A stretch of 64,000 nucleotides of DNA from the human T2T-CHM13v2.0 reference genome, Homo sapiens (GCF_009914755.1 NC_060939.1), one strand, 5' to 3'; positions 41,317 to 61,520 are shown, counted from the stretch's first letter. Translations and numbers: made by a program. The notes: generated by a model not told the origin, from the sequence alone.

Positions 41317-42609
41317 GAGAGACAGAGAGGAAGAAAGAACAAGAATTCATATAGATAGACAAGGTGGCCAGCTGATCCTTTATAAACTATGTATTCAGCA
41401 AATATTTATTGAGCACCTAATAGATGCCAGGCCCAGGGTTGGGCCCCAAGATGCAGAAATGAGCAAATATGGGACTCTCCTTCTGGTACTTCGTCATTTG
41501 CTGGGGGATGGAGTTATAGCCAACATTTATTGAGGGTTTAGTCTATGCCAAATTCCTCACAACTCTTTTAGGATAATAAGTATTATCAGTTTTTACATTA
41601 AAAATTCTAAGCTACGGAAGAGTAAGTAATTCACCCAAGGTCATTACTTCATAAGCAGTGGAGCTGGGATTCAAACCGTTTCTTACCTGTAATTCTGTAT
41701 TGCCCCTAAGAAAACAAGGCAGTTCCAAAAGAGTGAATTTAAGTGCCATGTGTAATAAGGTCCTCACTGTCTGCTGGGGTGGGTGGACGAGTGCAAGGAA
41801 GACTTCCTAGATAAAGCGTGGTTGGAGTGGAAATCTGGAAAGGTGAGGCAAGGATGGAGGCTGGAAGGATGGGGGTGTGGAATTACTCCAACTCAGGGGG
41901 CACTGCGTGTGACGGGTTGAAGGAAAGAAGGAGCACTTTTGGTTTTAGGAGATGAAGAATGTTCAGTAAGATTGGAATATATCCAATAATTTATTGTAGG
42001 GACATTGGTGAGGTGTCAAAACCTTTGACAGAGGAATGGGAGAACAGATTCGTGCTTTAGTAAATTAGCTAGTTATAGTATGTGAACATATCAGAAGGGC
42101 GTAAGCCCTAAGGCAAGAAGAGTAGCTGGGATATGAGGTGAGAGTGAAGTAAATCAAGAATAACTGAGCTTTTGGCCTGAGGATCAGGAAGAAAAGAATT
42201 GCCGTTAATTGAAATGAAGATTAGTAAAGGAGCAGGAGGGAAGCTAGCCAGATGCAGTTTAATAAATGGGACATAGGTGTCTAATACCAGTCACTCACCC
42301 ACCTAGAAATTACTCAAATATATTGATGGGTCAGATTTTACTAATGTTAAATTCATATACCCGCCTGGTAAAACCACCGATCAGTGATCACACAGAGCTA
42401 GCCAAAATCAGAGTAAGAGGTTGCTTGTGACCATAGTTTGGGGAGAGCGATGTGACCACAGGCAGCCTGGTGGGGAGCGGCCACGTGAAGCCACACTTGC
42501 TGCTGCTTCTGGAGAAATCCGTTGAGAAAATGAGCGAGTCTGAGTCAAGTAAATGATACTACCTGTATTCCAAAAGGCTAACAGTGTGGCTCTCTTTCTA
42601 GTTTAATCT

Positions 42610-43060
42610 AAGCCTGTGCTGTCCATAGCAGGTGTGGTTATTTAAATTTCAGCCAAGTTAATTAAAAAGTTCAGTTCCTCGGACACAGTAGCCATGTTTT
42701 AAATGGTTGCATGTGATGAGTGGCTGCCATATTGGAGAGCACAGTTGTCCTTTGGTATGTACAGGGGATTGGTTCCAGAGCTACCCCCTCAGTATAACAA
42801 AACCACAGATACTCAAGTCCGTGGTAGAAAATGGCATAGTATTTGCATATAACCTACGCATATCTTCCTGTGTACTTTAAAATCATTTTTCAATTACTTA
42901 TAATACCTAACACACTGTGAATGCTGGGTAAGTAGTTGTAATACTGTATTGTTTTTAAAAAATGTATTGTTGTATTATTTCTAATTTTTTAATCAAGTTA
43001 TTTTTCATCTGTGGTTTGTTGACACTGTGCTAGGGAACACGTGGATATGAAGGGCTGACA
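42610..43060. mobile_element. MER3/MER33-like fragment followed by MER2
   Basis: ttcagttcctcggacacagtagcca..gtggctgccatattgga, then cagttgtcctttggtatgtacaggggattggttccag..ggatatgaagggctgacag. Confidence 0.7.
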
Positions 43061-44139
43061 GTGGAACACTGGCCTGTGCATACAAGTGGTACTTTGCTGC
43101 TTTACCTTCAAGCATCCTGCGTCAAAATGATGAAAACTTAGGGTTTTACTGTGGTCCGAAAATACTTGAGGTTTTAAGCACAAATGGGATGCATATAATA
43201 GCACGTCTGTACAAACCCTGGTAGCCTCTCAGACCAGGTTAGTGTACTGTTAGAATCGTGATGGAAGAGTCTCTATTATAAGGGTGGAAATTGTAACAAA
43301 CTCATTATTATCTTCATTTTCCAATTTTGAGTCTTCTAAAAACTCCAAGACCATGCTGGACATTTCAAGAAAATAACGTTGGAAGAGACAATGTCTTAGT
43401 GCATTTATTCATCTTCAGATTCAGTGTTTATGCAAATTGGCCCACGGGCAGTTGGCTAAAGCTCCAGAAGTTAAGTCTATAAAGCAAATCCCCAGAGGAA
43501 CCTGAGAAAACCTCTCGATAAAGTAGGTAAAATCCTTTTGGTGAAACACATGAAAAAAAGTAGGAGATAGGGGGATAATCAAAGAAATGCACAGAAGAAC
43601 GGTGAAAAATATTTTTAGCATTTCAAAAATGAAAGATTTTGCAAATGATAATTCCAAATGTGACACTGGCACACTGATGGGAATTTATGAGAGTACATTT
43701 GGAAAGCAGTTTAGCAGTATGTATTGAAGTCTTAAAAACAGTAGTTTATCTTGCCAATATAGAATTTATGTTAACTCTTTATTTAAATTAAGTTTAATTA
43801 ATGATTAGATTAAATATAATTCTTTTAACGTGGCCAGAGGAATCAGTCTTAAAAGCAGGAAATACTTTCTATACAAAAGTTTCACCTTTCCGAATGTCAT
43901 GATGTAGTTTTAAAAAAAGCCTACCTTTCATTGTATATAATTTTTCAAACGTAGGCATTCTCAATGCCCAAATATAGAGAAGCAATTCAGTAATTAGAGT
44001 ATGGTTACAGCTATGTATAATTTTTTAAAAATGTGTAGAAGAAAAGCTGAAAGTCTATCATTGGCAGTAGTTATTAGGAAATGCTATTCTTTTACCTTTG
44101 AGTACTTTTGCCACAGACAGTGTAAATGTATTTTTATCA

Positions 44140-49685
<5,546 letters not shown>

Positions 49686-52023
49686 AATCCCCTCATATTC
49701 ATAGGTAATGTTTCTTTGCTTCTGTTTATATACATTAAATTTTTTTCTCGTAAATTTAAATGAACTTGTTGAGATTATGCTACAGCTTATTTAAAATAAG
49801 TTCCACCTGGGGAGAAAATGTTTGCTAAGGGGACAAAGTAATAAGTTCAGTGGGGTTGCTGTTTTAGATGAAATGTTTAGGGAAGGCTTTTCTTTTTTTG
49901 ATAAAAGGACATTTGAGTGGATACAGAGTGACATGAGTTCACTTAATGTTTTCACGTCTTGTCCATTTCTTACTGAATTTCTGTCTAGGCGTTTTGTAGT
50001 TTATGTTGCTATTACAAATGAGATATTTTTCTTACCTTATTTCATGGGCTAATAATCTTTAAATTACATTTGTTTGCATTTTCATTGCTTCTAATCTCCC
50101 ATTTGATTTTAACAGAGACTATGCAGGTCATTGTTGTGTGTGTTAATCTCTGTTTTTCCTTAGCTCAGTGTAGCTTCAAAATGTACATAGAACCTGAAAG
50201 AGACCTGAAATGGAAACCAAAGATGCAAGTGCAATGTTTTGTGACATAATTTTAATTTTACTGTCAAATAGAACGAGTATAGGATACAAATAAGGATGGT
50301 GGCTGAAGGGTGGGAGAAGTGAAAAGAAGGTATTCTTAAATTTCACTTGCAGATTAAGAGGGAATGTCTGCCAGCAGTTGACTGGCCAGGTATAGATTAG
50401 AAATGACCTCTGGCAAGATGTTTTGTTTCATTTGAATGGGAGGGCATCTTGTAGATTTCACGCCTGACTTTGAACTTCTGGTAAGCGATGCACCTGGAAC
50501 CGGCTTGAGTGACTTAAGGGCTCAGCAGTATCTGCCCGGTGGAAACATTAGTGTCATGCTCATGCCTTACCAGCAGATGGCAGCAAAATGCTGTGTTAAA
50601 ATGTTCTTACCCTACTTAAATTTAAGTCCTGTGGTAAACAGATACTGTATATTTTTCTTTCAGTTAAGACCAAGGTAGATATAATGCCCTTATTTCCCCT
50701 AAATAGATACAACTAATACTACCATTGTGTACTGACACTTTACAGTAAATGTTTTTAGAAATCTACATGATATGGCTTACCTAAAAACATCTTATTTTGT
50801 ATAGGTTTTGTTAGCAACTCCTTCACTGAAATACTTTCCACAGTATTGTTATTTTACATATAGTTTTCTGCCTCAGATTTTTCTAAGAGAACCATTTGTC
50901 ATAATATGTTCTAGACCTAAATAACGTTTATTAAACAATACGTGAGTTTTCACTCACCTGTGGAGGCTGTGTGTGTGTATGTATGTGTAGGTGTGTGTGT
51001 AAAACATTAATGATTTTTTTCTTTTATTAACAAGCCAAAAATTAAGGTGACTTTTACAAGAGAGCATTTTCATCCTGGGTAGTTAGGTCTGATCAATTGA
51101 TCTTTTACATGGAATTGCTGACTTCTAGGAGGTGCCCGGCATAACCAGTCCTCGTCCGTCTTCTGCCCCCAGCCAGGGATGCCATGGGGTGAACGCCATC
51201 AAGAACCAACCTTTGGCTTAATGAAAGATCTGAGGCCAGTGACAAAAGACTGTGACTTGAGTCACATAGCAGATAAATTATTATAGTTGTTTTTCCTTCC
51301 CCAGAGATCAGTCAATTAGGAGAGGTTTTTGGAACTGTTTTAGAAAATATTTTTACAATGCTGAGGTTATTCACATAATGCATTGCTTAATTCTTATAAA
51401 CTCCAAAGTTCGTGTAAAACTAAGAATTCAGAATAGACTTCTATCTTGTGAAAAAACAATTTGTCAAGATTACTTGACATATATCTGAGATGCTTTGGAA
51501 TTTTTACAGACCACAGAAAAACTTTTTTTTATTACTTAATATACCCTAAAACAACACGGTGTGCCAGAGCATAGTGTATCTGTAATTTAGAGCAGCAGAT
51601 GTTGCTACACATGCTTCTCTTTAAGACCGAGAAGAAGCACAAGAGAAAATAAAACAAAAAGTTCAAAACAGAAGAGAAACATGAAACAGTGCAGAGATGA
51701 AGGAGTTGAGTAGCCAGAGGCAGTTGGTTAAATTAGCAAAGACAGGGGATGTGGTGATCTGTACTCCGTGTTTTTTGTGTATATCTTTTTAAACACTTTG
51801 TCTTTCTCCTTTCATTAACCCAGACGTGATAACATTCTACAAAATTTATTTTCCATTAAAACCAGACTTGAATTAAACTGAGGAAAAACGTACTTGATAT
51901 TCATTACAGTGTTTGGTTGCTTCACATTTTATATGAGAATTGGCCACAGTTTGCTGTGCCATGGTAATGTTTGTTGTTTTGTCTTGGAGTCTGCTAATAC
52001 TTTCATTTTGGTTTTAACTCCAG

Positions 52024-52629
52024 CTGATCCTACAGTTAAAGACTTAATCGGAGGCTTCACGGCTCTTCACTATGCAGCCATGCATGGCCGGGCCCGCATT
52101 GCACGCTTGATGTTAGAATCTGAATACAGGAGCGACATCATTAATGCAAAAAGCAATGACGGCTGGACTCCCCTCCATGTGGCTGCCCACTACGGCAGGG
52201 ACTCATTTGTCCGGCTCCTCCTGGAGTTCAAGGCTGAGGTTGACCCACTCAGTGATAAAGGTACCACACCGCTTCAGCTCGCCATTATCCGAGAGAGGTC
52301 AAGCTGTGTGAAAATCCTCCTGGACCACAATGCCAACATCGACATTCAGAATGGTTTCCTGTTGCGATACGCCGTGATCAAAAGCAATCACTCTTATTGC
52401 CGAATGTTCCTTCAGAGAGGGGCAGACACAAACTTGGGTCGCTTAGAAGACGGACAGACTCCTTTACACTTATCTGCCCTTAGGGATGATGTGCTGTGTG
52501 CACGGATGTTATATAATTACGGAGCAGACACGAACACACGGAACTATGAAGGACAGACCCCATTGGCTGTTTCAATAAGTATTTCTGGAAGTAGTCGACC
52601 ATGTTTGGATTTCTTACAAGAAGTCACAA
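52024..52629 (+). CDS. ASB7: ASB7 coding exon 5 (606 nt; ankyrin repeats)
   Basis: ADPTVKDLIGGFTALHYAAMHGR..GWTPLHVAAHYGR..GTTPLQLA..GQTPLHLSA..GQTPLAVS; acceptor gttttaactccag|C; donor ACAA|gtatgt; phase matches exon 4. Read-through gives ..EVTSM* with the stop at 52635-52637. Confidence 0.95.
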
Positions 52630-52772
52630 GTATGTAATATAATTATTACTTTATTGCATTTTTTAAAAATTTGCATCTTCTGAGGAGCTTAATGTGTTTT
52701 TGCAACTTAAGATGACTAGATATTAATCATTCCTATAACCACTGCTTGGTAAGCGATGCCTCATTCTTCTGA

Positions 52773-52778
52773 AATAAA
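52773..52778 (+). terminator. ASB7: Candidate intronic polyadenylation signal for the short ASB7 isoform
   Basis: AATAAA ~135 nt after the read-through stop, with a GU/U-rich tract downstream (~52820). It overlaps a genomic A10 run. Confidence 0.5.
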
Positions 52779-53761
52779 AAAAAAACTTTGACTGTATCAC
52801 AAGATTTCATAAAAATTCAATTGTGTTTCTAAATGTAATAGGGGTAGACAGTAAGAGTGAGGGAAGGAATGGAGAGAAGGACAGAGAGGAGAATTTTTTT
52901 TAAATGAACAAAGATCTGTGTTAGAACAAGGCAATTCCTGTTGGTCATAAGGATAATCTTACCTGGCTTCCATTGACTGCAAGTTGAGGAGTTAGAGGGG
53001 GAATTTTGGATCTTAGATTCCTTACCTGTGAAAATATCCTAGAATTTGTGCTTTATTGCTAAGTTGTTCACGTTTTAATTGTGGCTTTTCTGCTTCATGA
53101 GAGCCCACATGAAATGGAGCAGTGGTGCTGTGTATTTAGGGATACCGCTCGTGGAAGTTAAGGATGCTAGAAATTGTTGTAAGAAAATATTTGCAGTGGG
53201 AAGTTTGGCACCACTGTCCCTGGACCACATGGCTTCCATTGTATTTGAACGTTTTTGTGTGGGTGCTTTTTTTAAAGCCTGGAAGTGTCTGGCCCACTTT
53301 GTGTAGTAACGCGTGCGTCCTAGTTGTTCCTCTGATGGGGTATCAGCTTGTGTGTACTTAGCCATCCTCTCTTGTCAAGCTTCCACGTGACCAGTTGAAT
53401 GTGTGTCTCATGCTTAATGTCCACCATGAAGCTAAAATCTGTAAACAAAATGGATTTTGCTGTCTGCTGAACTTTTTAATGAGTTCCTTTTTCCTCACTG
53501 GTTTTGAGCCTTCGGTCATTATTATACAAGAGGACATATTAACATCCTGGGTACCAGCTACTAGAGGGCAAGGGCTCTACCTGACCTGCTTGTAAGTAAC
53601 CCACTCTACCCCTTGGAGCGGGCCTTTGGAGTACACATTTGCTTTATGAAGAAACAAAATGTAATTTGAATTTTGCAGATTCATGGAAGAAAAGATGCAA
53701 TTATTATCACTAATGTTTTCAGACTAAAGCGTAAGAAAAAATCACACTGCTTAGTCTACTT

Positions 53762-53945
53762 AGTGCTGGCCAGTACCAGTTTCTGTGATGTTGGAAATGG
53801 TCTCTCCTTGCTGTCCAGTATAGTAGCCACTGGTCCCATGTGGCTGCTGAGCACCTATTAATGTGACCGTTGCCACTGAGGAACTGAAATTTCAATTTTA
53901 TTTAATTGCGATTTAAGTTTAAATGGCCACAAGTGCCTGGTGGTT
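53762..53945. mobile_element. MER3 (hAT)
   Basis: ttctgtgatgttggaaatg..gctgtccagtatagtagccact..catgtggct..actgaggaactgaaattt. Confidence 0.8.
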
Positions 53946-54214
53946 CCTTTGTTGGTCCACACAGATCTGCCTGCCTTGGGAGAGGTATCTGGGGCTGACT
54001 GGTGGGTGTTCCATTGCAGAAAGCTTCTGAGACACACAGAAGTCGCCACAGTTGGGAGACGTGATACCCGCAGTGCTGCAGTCCTGCTTGCCTTGTTGTT
54101 GTTCTCTCAACTTCTACATTAGAGACTTAGTTATGATGAGTGTGGCCGCCCTTAGGAAGGCATGTTATATACTCACTTAAATGCCTCAGCCCCCTTTTTT
54201 AAAATACTTTGTTC

Positions 54215-54410
54215 AGTGGTTAATGGCATAGACTAGAGCTAGACTGCAAGAGTTTGAGCCTTAACTCTATCCCATGTTAGCTGTGACCTTGGGCAGGTCG
54301 CCTAATCTCTCTGTGCCTTAGTGTCCTCACCTTCAAATTAAGATAATACAGGCTTGTTATGAGGATTAAATGAGTTAATATTTATAATGCACTTAACACT
54401 TAAAATGTTC
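54215..54410 (+). mobile_element. MIR
   Basis: tagctgtgaccttgggcaggtcgcctaatctctctgtgccttagtgtcctca..tgaggattaaatgagttaata. Confidence 0.85.
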
Positions 54411-55787
54411 TTGTTCTTTGTAATTGTTTTTTAAGATGAAGTGTGTAACTAATAAAGTGAGGGGGGATTAACAGCGAGGACTGGCTTGCCACCAACAGAG
54501 CAAATCTTTAGATTCATATTCAACTCAAGCCTCCCAGTTTCAACCCTGTATACAACTGTCCAGAGTCTGTACATGGAGGCACGCAGCCACGTGGCCGAGA
54601 GGAGCCGCTGGGCAGGACAAGCACGTGGGTGGCTGCCGTGTGTCCCTGAGCCCTCAGAGCTGCCCCTAGCAGTGCTGTTGGACAGCAGGAATGTTGAGTT
54701 AAAGACTCACATGCACTTTAAAATTTGAGCAGATAGAAATGTCAGTGGGGACTGCCTCTGTCTGTGCTTAGGTTCTCCACTGTACGAGGAGCAGAGCTGT
54801 GCGCCTAGGAGGTCCTCAGTAGTCCTGGCAGTCTGGCTGACTGCGCACAGCGAGGGGTGGGGACTGAGGAAGCACAGGCTGCTTTCCTGAGTGCAGGGTC
54901 CTCCGTCTGTTAAGGCTCCAGTTGTCCTTTGTCTTCAGGTGCCTCAACATAATTTAGTATTTCTTGACTCTCCAGTGGTGTTTCCTGCCAAAAGCAAATT
55001 TGGTGTTTCTGCTTCACCTGTGTGTTCTTTGGCTCTAAATAGGTTTTCTTTTCCTGGTGAACAATATGGGCTAGAAGGAGCAGCTGTGGCTGATGCTCTG
55101 GACTGAGCTTTCTCATGAAAAGCAGCTTGAAAGAAGGTTGGTTGGTTCAGGGAGCACTAAATCAAAGCTGAGAGCTTCTTCTAGCCCGCGTGCTGTGGGC
55201 ACCGCAGCCCCAGGCATCATGCTGTTGGCTTATGATTGGAGGTCGCAGACTGCCGAGGTATAAGGACAGCAGAGGGGCCACATGGTGGTCTTCATTCAGG
55301 GACATTTTACTCTTCATCACACTGTTTTGCCTAGAAACAGATTATTTAAATTGGAAGAGACCAAAAAAATTATAATACCAGAATTTAAAAACTCCTCTGG
55401 CCTTTTGGAAAAATTGCCGTAAAAACTCTGATCTATATAGTGCAAAAAAAAAAAAAAAACAGAGCGCACCCGTGGCTTGGTAATAAACTAACATCTGCTT
55501 GTGACTTGTTAGTGCTGAGTAGGGGGAGAGGCCATGAAGAGCTGCTGTTGCTGTTCCCTACAGCCAGCCCGCTGTCCAGCATTCAGACCTCAGAACCTCC
55601 CCCTTCCAGGACGTCAGGAGCGCAGCAGGGCCCATCCATGGAGGAGCCACTTCTCTGTGCCCAGGAATGATAAACACAGCTAAGAGGAGCCATAGCACCT
55701 GCCTGAATAATGAGCGCCACCTGTGGGAGGAAAGCTGCGTCCTGCTTAGTTGGCAGTGTTTATAAGAAGCCAGTTTTTGGTTTTTTA

Positions 55788-56585
<798 letters not shown>

Positions 56586-57108
56586 TCAAAAGAGAAATTT
56601 AGTGGTTATGAACAGGAAAAGGGTGACACAAGCAGATGTTATTAAACAGATACAGTACTATAACCTTGTGAAAAGATTGTTCCTCAGTAAAGCTTGAGGA
56701 GTAAATAATACCACCCATCCTGAAGAATCAGATAGTGAGTTACTGAGTTTTTTTTCTTATCTTCTTCCTCACAGGGTAAACTCCCATAGTCAATGTATGG
56801 ACCAGGGAGTTATTCAGAATATGAAATCTTTTAGAAAGAGATTCCATGAGAAAGCTGAACCTCAGGCAGTGACTAGCAGGAACGTTTAATCATATACGTA
56901 TTCACGTGTACACACATATAAAAGTGAGGCTTTAATGATCGGCACAACTGCAATTTTGTTCAAAGAGAAGTAGGAGAAAATATATGTTTTTGGGGAAAAC
57001 CCCACCTCAGAATGCTTAAGCACAAATTATAGACCTGGCAAGGTAAGTACTGTTCTCACCGAGCCACTTCTGCAGGTGAAAGGAAAGGATTGAAAAGAAA
57101 AGAGATAG

Positions 57109-57415
57109 GGCCAGGTGCAGTGGCTGACACCTGTCATCCCAGCACTTTGGGAGGCCAAAGCAGGTGGATCACTTGAGGCCGGGAGTTAGAGACCAGCCCG
57201 TCCAACATGGTGAAACCCCGTCTCTACTAAAAACACAAAAATTAGCTGGGTGTGGTGGCACGCACCTATTGTCCCCGCTACTCACGAGGCTGAGGCAGGA
57301 GAATCTCTTGAACCCGGGAGGCTGCAGTTACAGTGAGCCGAGATCACGCCACTGCACTCCAGCCTGGGTGACAGAGTGAGACTCCATCTCAAAAGAAAGA
57401 AAGAAAGAAAGAAAT
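57109..57415 (+). mobile_element. AluS
   Basis: Full dimer with a (GAAA)n tail. Confidence 0.92.
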
Positions 57416-59369
57416 AGTAGCTGCAGTTCCTTGTGCAAATGGTATGGAAATTGGGGGAAACTTTCAGTAACACAGTCCAGTGGAAGGTAAGATAGCAGTA
57501 AACAGGATGGCTCCCTCCTGGAGAATGCCCCCTGGAAAGGAGGCGGTGTCTGATTGGCTAGATTATTTGCAGAAAAGAGGCCATACTGTGCTTTCTACCT
57601 GGGAATTCCTTTCACTGTGAGGCTTTTTACCCTTTACGTAGGAGGGAAAGGTTCAAAAGGCAAAGCAGAGTCAAAGGTTGGTTTGCCCCAGCAGACAAGG
57701 TACAGCACTGTTGGGGGGTCACCTTGTCACTCCTGTTTCCCTTTGCCAATGACACCCACATCTGTACTGTGTTGAGAATTTCACCTCCTCAGAGCTGCTG
57801 CTTATTAAGGCATTAAGACAGGATTTTACAATTACCATCTAATAATTTCATTAATCTTAATAATTAATGGTTGTTTTAAATTCCCCGGCTGGTAATTCCA
57901 ACACCTGTGTCATATTTAAGTCTTGTTCTGATGCTTATTTTGTCTCTCCAGACTGTGTTTTTTTCTTGCCTCTTAGTATGTTTTGTGATTTTTTTACTGA
58001 AGCTAGACATGGTGGGTAACAGAAACTGAGGTAAACAGTCCTTTGACCTGAGGCTTTTTGTTAATCTGGCTGTGAATTGGGCTGTGAGTCATGTTTATTG
58101 CAGCTGTAGGTGCCAGAGGGTTCCGGTCCCTGCAGTGCCCTTGTTTCTGTCCCGTGTCTTGGCTTTGGGCTTCCCTAAGCAGCCTCGTTGGAGAGAGGGT
58201 GCATCCTGCAGCTTTCTCGGCTTTCATCCTCTGTTACACGGTGAAGCCCCATTGGTGCAGTTGTAAGGTGTGGGGAGGGCCAGTGGTCTGCAGTCTTCTG
58301 ATTCACTCTCAGTCTTTCAGTGGGCCTGGGTCCCTAGGCTGCGTCTTCACACGTTTCTTCTTGTGTAGCTTTTCCAGCCCCATAAGCGAGACAGGAGGCC
58401 AGAGGGGACTGGACTCAGGAATGGGCTTTCCTCGTGGCTCTGAGACAAGGTTCTGAGAAAGTCTTTCCCCCCGGGGCTCGGGCCTTTGTCATGGAGAAGG
58501 TTCTGGGTGCATTTCACAAGGGTTACTCTCACCTCCTCATGCTGGAGCCATGAGAGTGTCTTTACTGGCTCTTTACCTTGAGGACTTGGTGGGGTTCCTG
58601 GGAGTAAAACTCACAGCTGAGTGGGGGGCTTCTTAATACTGGCTGCCACTCTCAGACCAGTCAATTCACAGTCAAATTTACCATTTCAGTGTTCGTCAAA
58701 ATTACCATTTCAGTTTTCCTACCAGTTTATGGCTTCAGTGACTACGGCTCCAGGTACACAGATCTCAGCCATGGCTCTGAATTTGTTTCCTCTCCAAATT
58801 CTGTGGTGGAGGTTTGCCCCACATCTTCAGTTTTCTGATGGATCCATGAAAAGTCATTGACTTTGAGTTTGTTCAGGTTTTTTGTCTTGTAAGAATGGGA
58901 GTGATGATTTCCAAGCTCTTTACATGTTGGAACTAAAACTGGAAGTCTATTTAGTTTATCATTTTTACTTAAAATAGGAAAAACATATCTGTCCGTTGTC
59001 CTTTGAGCTGATTAATGTTTTGCCCACTGGGATCAGGTGTCTCCTGTACATCATCCCAAAGATCCCCCCACTGTGCCTGTGTCAGAGGCGCTGTTGAATC
59101 AGTAGAATGGGATGATAGCTAGCAGCTAATGGGCTTCTGATCTAGTGTCTGACTTGCCTTATAAACTTTGACAAGATGTTTAACACTCCCCACACCCCGC
59201 TGGGATCAGCTTCCTTCTCTGAAAAACAGGGGAATTGGAACATAGTCCCCAAGTCCCTCCGTTTTAAAAATTCTTGCCACTAACCACTCTTAAAGGCTAT
59301 GATTTTCTGCTTCTTGTGATTTAAAACAAAACAAAAATTGTTTTTTATTTATTTATTTATGTTAGAATG

Positions 59370-60740
59370 ATGTTTTTCAGTGTGGACTTTAGCCGGGGCT
59401 TCTCAAGATTGTTTTAGGTGCCTATGAAATCAAAACGAATTTCCTAACAATACTAAGATGTGATTTGCCTTTTTCACTGTGATGACATTTGTGTTGATGG
59501 TGTACAAGCAGTGGCAGGTGAAACTGCTGGCATGTTAGCGTGAATCGAGACAGTGGCCCCAGCCGGTACTGGTCGTTGTTCCCCGCCAGACACTCTCAGG
59601 AAAAGACGTTCCAATTCCACTTAAGAATGTCCGTGATGAGGCGGTAAAATTAATTTTATTAAATCCTGTTCCTGCGAATGCTTTTTAAATGTTCTGTGGG
59701 ATGGAAATGGCAAGCATTCTTACTGCGTACCAAAGGGCAGTGATGATGATTGAGGAAAAGCAACTTCATTTGTTTGAGCTGAGCCGGCAGCTTTTTCATG
59801 GGACACCATCTTTACTGGAAAGAGTAGAAGCTAAACTCTAGCCGTTTAGTCCTGGGTATTTGGCAGACATTTTCTTGAAAATGAGTAAAATTCACGTGTC
59901 ACTTTAAGGAAAACAACTGACAGGACTTAGGGCCAGTCATAAAATTTGAGCTTTGCAAATGAGGATTTTAGAAAACTTGTATTTACTGCTGTGAGATTCG
60001 TAGTATCTAGAGACTTCTTCAATCAGTGGAGATATTAACAAAAGTGATTTTTTGATCTCATGTAATGGAACAGGTCAACATTTGGAAGATCCACATAACC
60101 CAATGAACCTTGTTTTCCAAATGACTAATGCGTAATGTGACAACAGTCATACATGGATAAACGATCCATTTCAAGTGCAAGGTGAACCAATGGATTTTAA
60201 TGTAACAGAGTACGAAAGTTCATCAGTTTGGTTCCAGATTTCATATTGTAACTAACCATTAAGAAACACCCACTTGTCTAGTTTTGATGGAGTATCAGAG
60301 AAGATCCAAAGTTACTTGAAAAAAGTTATTTAAAAATTCCTTCCTTTTCCAACTGCGTATCTGAGTGAGGCTGGATTTTCTTCAGGTGCTTCAGTCAAGA
60401 CAGCATGTTGTAACAGATGAAATGCAGAAGCAGATCTCTGACTCCAGCTGCCTTCTGTGAAGCCAGACATTAAAAGGGATTTACAGAAAACTGTAAGAGG
60501 TGCTGTTCTCGCAAAAATCCTTTTTGTTTTGGAAAGCAGCTCTTTTTTTTTTTTTACATAAAAATTTATTTCAATTGATTGTGGATTTTTTCTTATTTTA
60601 AGTGAATTGGATAGTTTAAAAATTTCTCAATTTCTAAAATAGTAAATATAGATAAGTATAACTGACATAAAGATTCTTTGAGCTTCTCCAATTTTAAAAG
60701 TGCAAGGGGGTCCTAAAACTAAAAAGCTGAGACCTAGTGA
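59370..60740 (+). mobile_element. Charlie1-type hAT DNA transposon (internally deleted, decayed transposase)
   Basis: aatactaagatgtgatttgcctttttcactgtg..gacatttgt..gatggt matches the Charlie1 start; hATC dimerisation remnant LPFPTAYLSEAGFS at ~60340-60382; ends ggggtcctaaaactaaaaagctgagacc. Confidence 0.8.
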
Positions 60741-60949
60741 TATACATTCCCTAAAATCAGATTTTTAAGGGTGTCCTGTTAGCCTAGTGTTTCAGAATTT
60801 GATGAATCTCTAATGTATTTCTGTTTAAAGTTAAAATCTGTGGATAATACGAGATGTTATTACATTATTGCTTGCCGTTTACTATCATATTTACTACGTA
60901 GGCTCTGCAGAGATCAGTGATTTCCTGAAGTTTGTTTATAAAACTGGCT

Positions 60950-61057
60950 GGCTAGTCCAAAGGTAGCGTCCACAGTCAGTTACAGATCAGATCCCTCGTT
61001 CTCCTCTTTCCTCCCTTCTCACTACTGCACTTGACTAGTCTTAAAGAAAAAGAAAAA
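60950..61057 (+). pseudogene. Y1 RNA (RNY1) retropseudogene with an internal deletion
   Basis: ggctagtccaaaggtag..cacagtcagttacagatc..ccttctcactactgcacttgactagtctt matches hY1; A-rich tail; TSD-like aaaactg on both sides. Confidence 0.88.
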
Positions 61058-61265
61058 CTGTGGTTCTCCCGGATACTCTGGAGTCCAGCGGGTTCATCAT
61101 TCACATCAGTTTGGAAGATAGGACCTTGGATCCTAGGTCCAGGTTTCAGAGGTTCGCCGTGCGCAGTAACATATCAAAGGGGCCAGGAAGTCCTTGAATA
61201 AATACATCATTTATTTGTTGACGAGTGTGAACAACTTACTTTCACGGCTTACTTTGACAGAGCAT

Positions 61266-61520
61266 CTTTTTAATTATTATTTTAAGTTCTGGGATACATG
61301 TGCTGAATGTGCAGGTTTGTTACATAGGTATACATGTGCCATGGTGGTTTGCTGCGCCCATCAACCCGTCACCTAGGTTTTAAGGCCCGCATGCATTAGG
61401 TGTTTGTCCTAATGCCCTCCCTCCCCTTGTCCCCCACTCTCCCACAGGCCCTGGTGTATGATGTTGCCCTCTCTGTGTCCATGTGGTCTCATTGTTAAAC
61501 TCTCACTTATGAGTGAGAAC
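61266..61520 (-). mobile_element. Short 5'-truncated L1PA (about L1PA8-10) 3'UTR with TSD acagagcatctttt
   Basis: ttaagttctgggatacatgtg..gtgcaggtttgttacataggt..cacttatgagtgagaac; duplicated flank. Confidence 0.88.

Noticed and set aside
51894-52023. Hydrophobic N-terminal extension of the 247-aa ankyrin ORF
   Set aside because: It lies upstream of the clear acceptor at 52023/52024 and is intronic open frame starting at a non-ATG codon.
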